Part shown: one piece after another, positions 39,158 through 51,955 of the stretch | Numbering within the stretch: position 1 is the first letter of the stretch | How the letters are laid out: every line of letters begins with the position of its first letter | DNA from: Eledone cirrhosa | Lineage: Eukaryota | Direction of reading: 5' to 3' | Length of the DNA: 64,000 nucleotides | Assembly: GCA_964016885.1 (NCBI GenBank) | Contig: OZ024743.1 | Coordinates: forward strand, 229,896,001 to 229,960,000 | Made by a program: the position numbers and the translations under genes | The notes under the pieces: model-generated | Databases searched by the model: none | What the model was told of the DNA's origin: nothing | Seen by the model: only the letters and a program-made list of their open reading frames with translations

Positions 39158-41867
39158 TATATATATATATATATATATACAATTTTTGTTGGATGGTTTA
39201 ACTAATGTATGGATCTTGTCCTTCCTATTATCAGGCTATGATGCAATAAGCAGAGGCACCCAACGTATGCAAATCATCCATCGTAGATGTGGAATCCCGA
39301 GGTGGATGTAGGTACAGTGTTAAATACTTCAATGAAAACATATGGAGGCCGGATTATAAATATTCTTTTAATATTGGAAAATAACATAACTTATTTTTAT
39401 GGCCTACTTACATCATGAGATCAGTGACGTTTTCAGGTGTAAATCTGGTGATGTTGTCCAGGCGTTGTAATAACATAGGGCATTTATTGGGTATTTTTCG
39501 TCTAGAGGAATTAATCCTTCTGCAGGTCTGATCGTAGGCGATTTCTTTCAAAGATAAAATGTAATAGAAATGAAGAAGGAAATAGATATAGAGGAAGGAC
39601 TGATCCCAGTACTGGCCTGGTATTTTATTTTATGGATCTCAAAATGTTGAAAGTCGAAGTTGACCTCAGTGGCATTTGAACTGTGAGAGTGTAGAGAGAT
39701 GGAAAGAATATCGCAGAACATTATATAAAAGAAATATAACTTTTAACAGAAAGAAAGAGTAAAATAAAACGAAAACAGTAAAGGAAAAGTAAATGTGTAA
39801 ATGCAAAACAGTACAGGATGAGCGTGGATCTAATCAGATGTAGAGAAGAGGAGGAGGGTTTCTACAGGTGGGAAGTTGCTTAGCATTATATGTGCTCTAA
39901 AGAAAGTGGTTAATACAAAGATAAAAAAAGCTTATTATCGTAAACGACTAGGATGGCTGTGTGGTAAAAGAGTTAGCTTCGCAACTTTCTGATTTCAGGT
40001 TCACTCCTATTACGTGGCAATTTGCGCAAATGTTTTCTACTGTATACTCGGGTTCACCAATGCCATATCAGTGAAATTTCTTAGACGGGAATAGTAGAAG
40101 TCGGTCATTTTTGTGTATCTTGACATTTGTATCTGTGTGTGTTTACATTTCTGTATGTGAATGAATGTGTGTGCATGTTTATATTTCTGTCTGTGTGTAT
40201 GTCTCGTGATTTAACGTTCGATCAAGGGGGTTCGGTAAAATATGTACCTGACTTGAACAACGAAGTACTTAAGTCGATATGGATGACTAAATTCCTTAAA
40301 GCTGTCCATCGAGCATGACCATAGTTTAATGAATAAAGTCAGTGACAGAATAAAAAACAATTCTTTCCGAAGCTCACTAGTCTTGAAAAGAGAAGAAAAA
40401 AATCTATATAAAAAAAGAGAGCAGAATTGTTATGACTTGAACGTGTTTGAGCAATATTCTGCGAATTCAGAATCGATTGTAAATACAGAAGGAAGCAAAC
40501 TGTCAAAAGACTAACCAAAGTTGACACCCGCATTCAAAATCGTCATACATGAAATAAATAAAACTTCCTATTTGAAGCACAATGCCAGCAATGAGTAGAA
40601 TGAGGGGAACCGCAGTTAAGTTAACCCTAGTATTTCATTGGCACTTTATATTATCGAGCAAAATATAGAAGGACAAAGTTCACCATTAGAGAGATTCGAG
40701 CTCAGAACTTAAAGAAAGAACCGGAACAAATACTTCAAAGCATTTGCCTGACGCTCTAACGACCCAGCCAATCCTTAAGACTTAATAAATAAAGTGAATA
40801 TATCAAGCGGATATGATTGTATATCATTAAAGTGTCATTAAATATTTAGGTATATATCTATATATAAAGCTATCAGATAAGATTATTCCGAAGGGATTAA
40901 TCAGTGGTATATAGTATTAAAGCTACTTCCTGAAGTAAGCAACTCGCAGTCGTTTTATGCATTTGCTTTGCATAGATCTATGACATATGGATACATAATT
41001 ACAGCAACATTATGTTCATAAGTAGAATAGTAGGATACTGACGTACATGATGTTGCACTTTCTCCCTATCCCTCTCTCTCCTATACACACACGCATACAC
41101 ACACATATATATATGTTGTGTGTGTGTGGGGGGGGGGGGGGTAAGTGTTTATGCAGAGTAAACAAAATCACATGTCTGTACTTAATAGTCCACATTAGGA
41201 TTGATTGAGATCTTATCGAATATACCACAGTAATCTAAGTATATATATATATATATATATATATACATTTATGTATGTATTTATACTAATATATATATAT
41301 AATATCAGTATGGGATTAATGACGAAGTTAATTGCTACTTATATAGTTATCAACATACACAAACAACGGTATTATAATTAATATGTATGCCACCATTACT
41401 ATAAGCATTAAGTAACAGTATATCGTTGAATTACAATAATAGTTTCTACATTTGGTACAAGGCCAAATATTTGAAGGGAAGGGCAAAGTCAATTAAATGA
41501 ACCCCAGTCTGTTACTGGTACGTAACGACCCCGTAAGGATGAAGCATAATGTGGTGGGAATTGAACCCAGGATATAAAGGGACGTAACTATGCCAGAAAG
41601 CAGGTTGTCCGACGCTCTACCGATGTTTCCAAAATAATAATGTGATTCTAATGAATCCTACCTACAACAAGCAAGCCACCATAATATATACCAGTACAGA
41701 AAACAACAAGCGCAGTATCATCAGCAATAGTTACACACGGTTACTATTTCACACAGTGAAATAGTGGATACAACGTCATACATACATACATCATGATGAT
41801 GGCTGCCCCCTCGTTATAGAGTATGGCCATTGCATATATACTATTATTAATAATTATTGATTGTAAG

Positions 41868-42060
41868 GGCGGTGGATTGGCAGTATCGGTAGAGGGTCGG
41901 ACGCCATGCTTTCCAGCATAGTTACGTCCCTTTACGATCTGAGTTCAAATCCCGCCGAGGTTGACTTTGCCTTTCATCCTTACGAGGTCGATAAAATAAA
42001 GTACCAGTAATGCACTGGGTAATTGCTGGCCTTGTGCCTAAAGTAGAAACAATTAATAAT
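41868..42060 (+). mobile_element. Full-length tRNA-derived SINE with Meta-domain-like core (at least 15 copies or fragments in the window)
   Basis: Head GGCGGTGGATTGGCAG, B-box GAGTTCAAATCC, core GCCTTTCATCCTTACGAGGTCGATAAAATAAAGTACC and an ATT-rich tail. Other copies near 19560, 23840, 39600, 40600, 41440, 48493, 48655, 51965-52388 and 55890. Confidence 0.85.
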
Positions 42061-42079
42061 TATTGATTAATTCTATCGT

Positions 42080-42630
42080 GCAATGCCTGTGCGTGAAGAT
42101 ATTTTTTAAAGTGACTAAAGACTGTGCACTGAGCCAATCCCACTCTCTGAGCGACAGTAGCTATAACCCGAAAAGAAGAAAAGATCAACATCATCGGTAT
42201 CTACTGAGCCGCAGGTTTTATATCGGAGTTATCCTAGTTTCCTGAGTTGCCTTCTCCCAGAAGTATGCCCTGACAAAGTCTAGGGGGCCCTTCACTCCCA
42301 GTGGTTTAACCGCGCGATCGGGCGTCCAGCCCGACTATTTCTATGTCCCTGCGCATATATATACACATGCACCCATGTATATACACATATAACATATACA
42401 TACATATCTACATGTGTATATACATAATTACACACTTTGGGATGGCCGTTTACTCTTATGAGTTCTTCCGCCCATTGTCAGGTTTTGTTTTTTGTCTTTC
42501 AGGGTGTCCAAAGTCACCCTCCTCACTAAGTAAATTGGCGGGGTTGCCGGTTTAGTCGCCGACGACCCGACCATGCGACAGGTTGTACTGGGTTACATGT
42601 TACCAGTAGTACTCAAGATTGAGCCGACAT
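42080..42630 (-). mobile_element. Older or interrupted copies of the RTE-related non-autonomous element
   Basis: 42080-42305 resembles 42955-43160; 42435-42630 resembles 43165-43353. Confidence 0.6.
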
Positions 42631-42641
42631 ACATACATGCA

Positions 42642-42674
<33 letters not shown>

Positions 42675-42743
42675 GCATAAATACATAATACATACATACA
42701 TGCATACATACATACATACATACATACATACATACATACATAC

Positions 42744-43353
42744 ATGGTGGCTGCCAACTCGTTTTCGAGTACGGCCACTACTTTATATCCATGTAGGAGA
42801 ACCCCTACCGATGCGCTGAACGAGTGTGACTTTTTAGTCCAGCCAGCGACTTGAAAACTCTGGTACAACACTACACTTGTGACAATTATTGACACATAGT
42901 GCTGGGCCCATGGTACCATGTGATGACAAGTGCAGAGAGATCTCCAGATATAAAGCAATGCCTGTGCTGTGAAGCTTTTATAGTGAGCAAAGGCACTGCA
43001 CAAAGCCAGTCCCACTCTCTTAACCAAGATGATATTTACCAAAAAGAAGAACAAGTCAACATCATTGGATACCATCAGGGTTGCAGGTGTTATATCAGAG
43101 CTTTCCTTCTCTTAGAATTCTGCCTTGACAAAGGCTAAGGGGTCATCTCTCCCAGTGATTTCGGATGGCCATTGACTCTTAAGAGCTCCTTTGCCCTTCG
43201 ACAGGTTTTGTTTTTAGTCCTGCAGGATGTCCAAAGTCACCCTCCTCACCAAGAAACCTTGGTGGGGTTGCCAGTTTAGTCGCCAACGACCCGACCATGA
43301 GACAGGTTGTACTGGGATACATGTTACCAGTAGCACCAAGTGGTGACCTGACA
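42744..43353 (-). mobile_element. About 610-bp non-autonomous RTE-related element between (CATA)n tracts
   Basis: Minus-strand 3' end GGCCGTACTCG aaaa CGAGTTGGCAGCC followed by (ATGT)n resembles RTE 3' stem-loops; solo 3' ends at about 41798-41833 and 45628-45662. Confidence 0.65.
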
Positions 43354-43379
43354 TACATACATACATACATACATACATA

Positions 43380-44138
43380 CAGTGGCGGACTGCGTCTAAA
43401 AATATTGGTTGCCAGGAGATGAAGAGGGCCCACCAACATATGGAATAATATCATTTAATTTTTATATGAATTAATAACGTTTTCGAAAAATACATGTGGA
43501 AACAAAACAGTGCAATAACATTTTTGCGGAAAAATATCTTACCTTCTTCAATAAAATATATGTATTTTGCGAAATCCAGAAATTTCAATAATGACCAGAA
43601 GTCGACCCTAAATATTATTAATAGCTCTAGGAAAGCCATGACCGACACCACATCTTTTTAACTTTGATTTTGAAATTATGTTTATAATTATCAAATTTTC
43701 ATTATACTTTTGTAGCTGTCTCGGTGGTCTAGCTGGAGGAATCATAGATGGTGATAATCCTGGTCTGAAGTTCGATCCTGGTCGGGAGTAGTGTTCGCGG
43801 TAAACCTTTTCAGTTTTATTCTATTGGTTGTAAAATAAAAACTGAAAAGTATGTCTCCGAAAAAGCTTACTTGACTAGGATTGAACCCAAGGACAGGACT
43901 ACCGTCTCTAGTGCCTACCGCTAGGCCACAGAGACAACTACGAAAATCTTATGAAAATTCATACTTATAAATTGTAATGGCTTTATTTATTTATTTTTAA
44001 ATTCATTCCTTCTCTTAGATTTCATGTAAGCAAAGCATTGGCCCCTAAAATACTGCAGTCGGCCCTGCAATGCTACTGTGGGCCCTCTGGGGCCCACTTG
44101 CCATTGGGCAACCTGGCAATCTAGCCAGTCCGCCACTG
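43380..44138. mobile_element. hAT-like MITE
   Basis: Perfect 13-bp TIR CAGTGGCGGACTG/CAGTCCGCCACTG; flanks CATACATA/CATACATG; subterminal GGGCCC motifs. Confidence 0.85.
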
Positions 44139-44144
44139 CATACA

Positions 44145-45365
44145 TGCTCTCTGCGCACAATAAAACAATGTCTTTGCTGTGCTTGTCCTAACACCAACGC
44201 TCAATAAGCAATTGATGTTAGGACTCGAAAAATACTAAACAATACCGGAAACTACCATATCAACAGTGACATAGATGTTGAAAGTAAGCAGAGAGGCAGA
44301 GGCCTAACATCAGTCCAGACAACATTTGAATGTCGCATCATATCCCTCCGACAACGTTTACGAACCTCGAAGCGTAGGAGCCCGTCTATCGAGCAAATCT
44401 ATGAGACAGATAAGATCATGAGAATTGGGAAGGAACGCCTTGAAAGATATTCCCTGTGTGATGATCAAAACCTCCCACCCACGGACGTTTCCTGGCACTA
44501 CCGCCGTGAATACATTGATGAAAAACTGCATGCTTATCAGCAAAAAATCGTGCATGGATATGTTGCCAGGAAGCTCCAGAGTGAGAGTAATATAAATAAA
44601 CAAAGTAGTCTATCTTGGACCAACAGCCGCTATATTGGCTCCCACTTTGGAGGATACGCAATCCAAGAACAGGAAATCAACACGAAATACCTTATTCACA
44701 AAAGAGATAGGAATGGAGGCAAAACACCTAGATGTGACAACAAGTGCAGACTCTGCAGAATTAACATCGAAGATGTCACCCATGTCATAAGCAGCTATCC
44801 AAAGATGTCATCGCATTACTAACTACCTATGAGGCATGATGTAGTGGCCAAAAGACTGTACGATGCAATCCATAGAAAAGGTAGCCCCGATAATTATCGG
44901 GGCTATCTAATATGTGTTTATTATAATAAACACATTAAAAGCTACAGCAATGTGGAAGGCATACATATACATAATATGAAAGAATACTGGTGGAATGTTC
45001 CAGTAAAAGCCCCAATAAAATGCAAGCATAACAGACCAGATATCATGATATGGAACAGGTGAAAGAAGGCATGCACTGTAGTGGAAGTTAGCTGCCCAGC
45101 AGATGCCAATAATATATCACAGATTGGCGAAAAGGAGAATATTTATGCAGAACTAATGAGAAATATGCAGATACTCCACCCTCACTATACCTTCATATTT
45201 ATGCCTGTGATTATTGGGGCACTGGGATATGTTAGTAACTGCCCCAATACAAATATTGTGGAGCTGAGCTTCACAGAAAGAACACGATTAGTTAGGAAAT
45301 TACAAGTACAATCCATGGAACAGTAAAACTATGTAAACGATTCCAAAAGTTCTGCATCTAATAAC
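44145..45365 (+). mobile_element. R4/Dong-type LINE 3' fragment (CCHC finger and restriction-like endonuclease), decayed
   Basis: AIQEQEINTK, CRLCRINIEDVTHVIS, RHDVVAK, RPDIMIW, EVSCPAD, PVIIGALG. Confidence 0.85.
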
Positions 45366-45714
45366 TGCATGTACAAATACAAAGAATATGCACATGCACA
45401 CATACAACTCAGAACATAAACATCCACACATACAATAACATCCATACCAGCATACACATACAGGCATGCAGTCATCCATACATATCAACCTAGTTGATGG
45501 GTAAATTCCAATGAGAGAGTCTTGTATTTATGTTAGAAACTGACTCTCATTATTGGCAAAAATTTGTGAAATTATAAAACCAGAAGAACATACATACATA
45601 CATACATACATACATACATACATACATGATGGCTGCCCCTCGTTATCGAGTATGGCCATTGCACAATAATAATAATAAATAAATTTTAAAAAAAAAAAAA
45701 AAAAAGGGAAAAAA

Positions 45715-45755
<41 letters not shown>

Positions 45756-45849
45756 CATATACACATACATACATATACATACATACATATATACACACAC
45801 ACATGCATACACATACACTCACACATATATACACACATACATTAATAAC

Positions 45850-45886
<37 letters not shown>

Positions 45887-45965
45887 GCAATAATAATAAT
45901 AACGACAATAACAATAATAATATACATATTCATATATATATACACACACACGCACGCACATAAGC

Positions 45966-45999
<34 letters not shown>

Positions 46000-46007
46000 G
46001 ATAGCAA

Positions 46008-47825
46008 CTAACAGTGCTGCGATCGAATGTGGCTTTTTAGCCCAGCCAATGATCTAAAATGTCTTGCACAGAGTCGGCAACCAAAACATTTACTGGGAAT
46101 AGTCGGCTGTGGTTGGAGTTCGTGTACTTTTGCATGTCGCTTGAGTCCTCCTGCTGATTTACATTCTCTACCACATGTTTGGCAAGCATGATGAGTAGCA
46201 TCTCCAACAGCAGCCTGGTAGTCAACCACTGGTCTTACTTTATGACTGCGAAGATGACTTTCGAGTCCAGCTTTGCTTAGGCAGAGTCTCGCACAGACGC
46301 TGCATGTCAGAACCATAGGAGGACCCTCGCCGTCTGGAAGTGCAACAGCAATGCCCTTCCTCACGTCCCGCTTTACTTTCTCGTGTGCGATTCGAGATGC
46401 CTCAAAGGCAACTTTTCCCTCATATACAGTCTTTCTCCATTTATTACGATCAGCAGCAATATTTTCCCATGTATCAGCAGAGATGTTAGCGTCTTTCAGA
46501 GAGGCTTTCAAGGAATCCTTATACCTCTTTTTTGGTTTATGTGGGGGTCGTTTTCCTTTAACCAACTCTCCATAGAAGAGTTGTTTTGGTATTCTAGAAT
46601 CCTTCATCCTGGCAAGGTGACCACTCCAACGGAGTCGCTGCTTAAGCACAAGAGCTTCTATACTGTCACACATAGAGCTTTCCAAAATCTCGACATCACT
46701 GATGTGGTCCCTCCAGTGAACGCCATGGATCCGTCTGAGACACATCTGATGGAAACGCTCCAATTGCTTAAGGTGGCGTTGATATGTGACCCAGGTCTCG
46801 CAGGCATAAAGAAGACAAGAGAGTACACATGCCCTGTAAACCTTTACCTTTGTCCTCCTGCATATGTCTCGCCGACCCCAGAGTCGCCTTTCTAGCTTTC
46901 CGAAAGCATCACTTGCTTTCCTAATCCTAAGTGAGATTTCACTGTCAAGGTTGCCGTATCGATTGACAGTGCTTCCCAGGTAGACAAACTGATCAACCAC
47001 TCCAAGTCGTTTGCCATACACATAGATGTTTGGTTCAGTGTACTGCTTACCAGGGGCAGGTTGGTACATGACGACGGTTTTCTTGAGACTGACAGTCAAA
47101 CCCAGGGCAGTGCAAGCGTCAGAAAATACATTCAAAATGTGCTGCATATCACTCTCTGTGTGCGCTACAAGATCGCAATCATCTGCATACAAGAGGTCTC
47201 TTATGACTGATGTAAATACTTTTGTCTTCGCAGCAATGCGCCTGATGTTAAATATGCTGCCTGAGGTTCGATATCGGATGTAAACACCATGCTCGCAATT
47301 CCTGAATGCAATACAGAAAACCATTGCAAAGTATATGGCAAACAGGGTCGGTGCTGGAATATCCCCCTGTTTCACTCCATTTTTTACTGAGATAGGCTCC
47401 GACATGTTACCTCCGACATTAACCCAAGCCTTCATGTCGTCATGGAAAGACCTAACCAAAGCAAGGAACTTATCACGGCAACCAAGTTTCTGGAGAACCT
47501 TCCATAATTCATCTCTGTTGACAGTATCGAAAGCCTTTGTCAGATCGACAAAAACCTGATACAGATCCAAGCCCTGTTCAATGCACTTCTCCTGGAGCTG
47601 TCTAGCTGAGAAGATCATATCAGTAGTGCCGCGTCCAGCACGAAAACCAGATTGACTTTCAGGAAGGACACAATCTGCAATGTGTGTCAGCAGACGGTCC
47701 AGAAGCACCCTACATAAAACTTTCCCCACAACAGAAAGCAATGATATACCTCTGTAGTTCCCACAATCATTCCTGTTACCCTTTCCCTTGTACAAGACCA
47801 CCATTACTGCATCTCTCCAGTCCTC
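46008..47825 (-). CDS. 5'-truncated RTE (BovB-like) ORF: reverse transcriptase and three C2H2 zinc fingers; uninterrupted frame
   Basis: NYRGISLL, ESQSGFR, FVDLTKAFDTV, GVKQG, LLYADD, FVYLGS; fingers CSVC..HLRSH, CQTC..HAKVH and CRLC..HIRSQH. The first ~18 codons of the tracked ORF are (CATA)n read-through. Confidence 0.92.
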   Translation of the reverse strand, partial: EDWRDAVMVVLYKGKGNRNDCGNYRGISLLSVVGKVLCRVLLDRLLTHIADCVLPESQSGFRAGRGTTDMIFSARQLQEKCIEQGLDLYQVFVDLTKAFDTVNRDELWKVLQKLGCRDKFLALVRSFHDDMKAWVNVGGNMSEPISVKNGVKQGDIPAPTLFAIYFAMVFCIAFRNCEHGVYIRYRTSGSIFNIRRIAAKTKVFTSVIRDLLYADDCDLVAHTESDMQHILNVFSDACTALGLTVSLKKTVVMYQPAPGKQYTEPNIYVYGKRLGVVDQFVYLGSTVNRYGNLDSEISLRIRKASDAFGKLERRLWGRRDICRRTKVKVYRACVLSCLLYACETWVTYQRHLKQLERFHQMCLRRIHGVHWRDHISDVEILESSMCDSIEALVLKQRLRWSGHLARMKDSRIPKQLFYGELVKGKRPPHKPKKRYKDSLKASLKDANISADTWENIAADRNKWRKTVYEGKVAFEASRIAHEKVKRDVRKGIAVALPDGEGPPMVLTCSVCARLCLSKAGLESHLRSHKVRPVVDYQAAVGDATHHACQTCGRECKSAGGLKRHAKVHELQPQPTIPSKCFGCRLCARHFRSLAGLKSHIRSQHC

Positions 47826-47879
47826 ATACATACATACATACATACATACATACATACATACATGCATGCATGCATACAA

Positions 47880-50800
47880 ACAGCATGGCTGAACTCAACA
47901 TCAACAACAAAATTAAGGAACTATAAAAGACAAACAACAAGAAAGGTAAACAAATTTTATTCAGTTGTAGCTACAGAAGAAACCGAAATTATGAATCGGA
48001 TTTCTCTTGGAGTTGCAAACTTAATAATGATTTATTTAATTGTTATAAAATGGCAAAAAACAATCCCTTCATTGGCTATATGAACAGAATGAAGCTACAC
48101 TGGGACGAAATGCACCCAGAGCTAAATTATTTCACAGCGAAACAATTACGCCAACAAGCGACGTTTGTTGAACGTAAAAATAAGATAAATATTATTAATT
48201 GTAAGCCCCCCCCCCCCCCCCCCCCCAACAAACATGTTATCAACAACACGTGCTACAGGTCGCCATGCTACTAGACTTCCTAGCAGCCAGGTCGAACAGC
48301 GCCTTGAAACAAAAGTGCCTGTAAGAAACTTGACACCACCTGTACCATCTAAATTTACCTCGATGCTGGGGAAAACACTATCGATAATAATAATAATCGA
48401 AGAAATAATAATAATAATCGAAAAAATTTGACACCACGTATACTATCTGAGTCTTCCTCGACTGTTGTGGAAAATACTATCGATAATGATAATAATTGTT
48501 TCTACTTTAGGCACAAGGCCAGCAATTACCCAGTGCATTACTAATAATCAAAAGTATAAACAATTGAACATTTCCCTCAACGAAATCTTCCAGAAATGTA
48601 TAAATATCTCTCTTGCTGAACGTATTAAAACGACAATGTTTAATAAAAAAACAAATAATTGTTTCTACTATTGGCACAAGGGAACCAAATACCCAGTACA
48701 TTACTGGTACTTTATTTTATCGACCCCCGTAAGGATGAAAGGCAAATAAAAAAACAAATAATGAAATATTACGTGTTATTGACGAAATAGGGGATGAATA
48801 TTTACGACGGATAAAAACCCCAACATTTCGGCAAATAAACGCCTGTTTATATGCCTTAGCAACGACAGTGAAGCATTATCTTGGTGATAGCAGAGATATT
48901 AACAAGAACAGAACACCACCAAAAATACCATCATATATAACTAAAATAGAAAAAAAGATTGCTGACCTACGAAAAACCATAGGATATGTGACAATGCTCC
49001 TTACATGCAAACAAACACAAAAAACCTCACTCCTCACCAACAAAGAGTGAAAAATAAAATAGAGACGATGGTTGGTAACAGTAGAACCAGAACTCTTCAA
49101 TATAAGCTGATCACCCTCAAACAAGAATTGAGAGCTATTATCGAAAAACGCCGATACCTGAAGAAGGTAGAGGAGAGAAAAGTGCTTAATAAAAGATTCA
49201 GACGAAATCAAACATCAGTCTATAGAGATATAAAGAACAAAATAATAAGTGTCACTGAGGCACCATCCCAGAAAGACATAGATTCTTTTTGGAGGAAAAT
49301 ATGGAGTGAAAAGAAGAATTTCAACCAGGATGCAGTGTGGCTCAGAGAAATCCGAAAGAACTATTGCTCCTACACTACAACAAAAACATACGAAATAAGT
49401 GAGGGTATCCTTGAAACTGTGATTGGAAAACTCCAAGATAAGATAACACCAGAAAGAGACATGATTGTCGGCTAATGGTACAAAAAACTGATATTCTATC
49501 GAAGGTATCTTACCAACAAGTTCTTAAGGGAGATACAGTTATACCAGAATGGTTGACAATAGCACAAACATTACTGGTAAAAGACACGCACTTGGTAAAA
49601 AACTACCGACCCATTGCATGCCAGAAGCTGATGTATAAGATGTATACAGCCTGCCTGATCCTATTCCTCCAATATCACTGTGAAAATAATAACATCATCA
49701 CAGATGAAGAAGCAGCTGGAAAGAAAGAGGTTTGGGGATGTGCTGAACAACACCTAATCCACAAAACTGCGATATCGGAGGTGCGACAACTTAGGAGGAA
49801 TATGGCTACAGTCTGGCTGGAAAAACTTTCGATTCTGTTCCCCACTCTTGGATGATAGAGGCCCTCCAACTTACTAAAGTCCCAGACATTACTGTCAGAG
49901 TCATAGAGAGGCTGTTTTCTTCTTGGGCTACTATCCTAAGGTTAAAGACAGAGAGGGAGGACTCTATTTTCACTGATAAAATAAAATATCGCAGGGGTAT
50001 ATTTCAGGGGGACAGTCACCCTGAGATATTATTCATCTTGGCATTAAACCCCTTGTCCTTTCGGCTCAAGAAATGTGAGGGATACATCATTGACTTACAG
50101 GAAGACAGAAATACGAACCCAACCCATAATTTCTTCGTGGACGATCTGAAATTCTATGCGAAGAACATGGATGGGATGAAGAAAATTCTTGACCTGGTTA
50201 CAACCTTCTCATAGATATAGGGATGGAATTTGGCCAAGATAAATGCTCATACATGACTGTAAAGCGGGGAAAAACAACAACCCAATCTAGCAACATTGTC
50301 ATCAATGGCCTAACTGTTTCACCGATATCTGATGAGGACTGCTACAGATACCTGGAGATAGATGAGAACATATCCTATAATTGTATCTGTAATAAGGAAC
50401 GCGTAACCAGGGAATAATACACCCGATTAAGAAAGATTTGGTCATCGGAACTCTCTGCGCAAAACAAAACAGTGGCTCACAATGTGTTTGCTGTGCCTGT
50501 CCTAACATCAACGTTTGGAATACTCAATTGGACGATAGACGAAATCCGAGCAGTTGATGTTGGAACTCGAAAAATACTAAACAACACCGGAAACTTCCAC
50601 ATCAATAGTGATATAGACCGCCTTTACTTGAAACTTAAGCAGGGTGGCAGAGGCCTAACATCAGTCCAGACAGCATTTGAATATCACATCATATCTCTCC
50701 GACATCTACGAACCTCGAAGCGTAGGAGCCCGTCTCTCGAGCAAGTCTATCTGTTAAGATCATGAATGTTGGGAAGGAACTCCTCTAGAGATATTGCCTG

Positions 50801-51030
50801 TGTGATAATCAAAAACTCACACCCAGGGAAGTCGCTCAGCAGTATCGCAGTGAATCCATGGATGAAAAACTGCATGCTTATCACCAAAAAATCATGCATG
50901 GATATGTTGCCAGGAAGCTCCAGAGAGAGAGTAGTATAGATAAGGAAAATAGTCTATCTTGGACCAACAACCGCTATATTGACTCCCACTTTGAAGGATA
51001 CGCTTTTGCAATCCAAGAACAGGAGATTAA
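47880..51030 (+). mobile_element. R4/Dong-type LINE, N-terminus through RT, decayed and interrupted by SINEs
   Basis: GYMNRMKLHWDEMHPE, NYRPIAC, RGIFQGDS, LALNPLS, FFVDDLKFYA, FGQDKC, GGRGL; 50450-51030 is paralogous to 44145-44680. Confidence 0.88.
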
Positions 51031-51870
51031 CGTTGTTGGTGGATGATACTTTCAATGTACCGACACTCACTTATCTGAAGGATCTAAACATCACTCACAA
51101 GAATCTGCCACTTGATACCGAGCATGTTCCTGAGACACCGTTGGTGAAATCGTTCCAGTCTTTTGATATGCCGTTTGTAGGCAACCCATGTTTTGCACGC
51201 ATACAGCAATGCTGACAGTACACGTGCGGCATACATTTTCACATTGGTCTACATTGGGATTTCTCCCCTGCACCAAAGACGGTCGCTGAGCCCTCCAAAT
51301 GACTCACTTGCTTTGCTAACACGCAGACCAACTTCTGCATCAAGAGAGTAGGTCACACTCAGAGTACTCCTCTAATACACACATCTGTCAGTAGCCCTCA
51401 GTTTTTGTCTGTATACATATATGGAGGATGTATTGATAAACTTTATCCGGAGCAGATTAGTACATGATGACAGTCTTCTTCAGACTGATTGTCAGTCCCA
51501 AAGACTGCACGCATTAGAAAAAGAATCCATAAGGTATTGCATGTCACTCTGGGAGTGTGCAAAGAGATCACAATTATCTGCATACAAACATTCTCTGATT
51601 AAGGTACTCAGTACCTTAGTGTTGGCAGTGAGACGCCTAAGGTTGAGCAGCTTGCCGGAAGTGTGATATCTGAGATAGATACCGGTTGACAATCCTTGAA
51701 AGCCATGAAGAACACCATTGCGAAATACAAGGCAAACAAAGTTCGTGCAGGTATATCACCTTGCTTGACACAATTTTCAACTGAGATTGGCTGAGACAGT
51801 TTACCTGGGAGGTTTACCCACGTCTGTCTGCATGTCATTGTAGAAGAGCTTGAGTATGTTCACAGGACAG
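51030..51870 (-). mobile_element. Decayed RTE RT fragment related to 46008-47825
   Basis: VKQGDIPARTLFALYF and CLYADNCDLFAH parallel the intact copy. Confidence 0.8.
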
Positions 51871-51955
51871 CCCAATCTATATTATAATAAAGTAAGGACT
51901 GCGGGATTGCGTACGGTTTATTTCTTTTAATCCAGTTAGTAAAATAAGTTGGATG

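Noticed and set aside
43712-43790. Functional tRNA gene
   Set aside because: A and B boxes are present but I could not build a cloverleaf or anticodon arm; treated as tRNA-derived.
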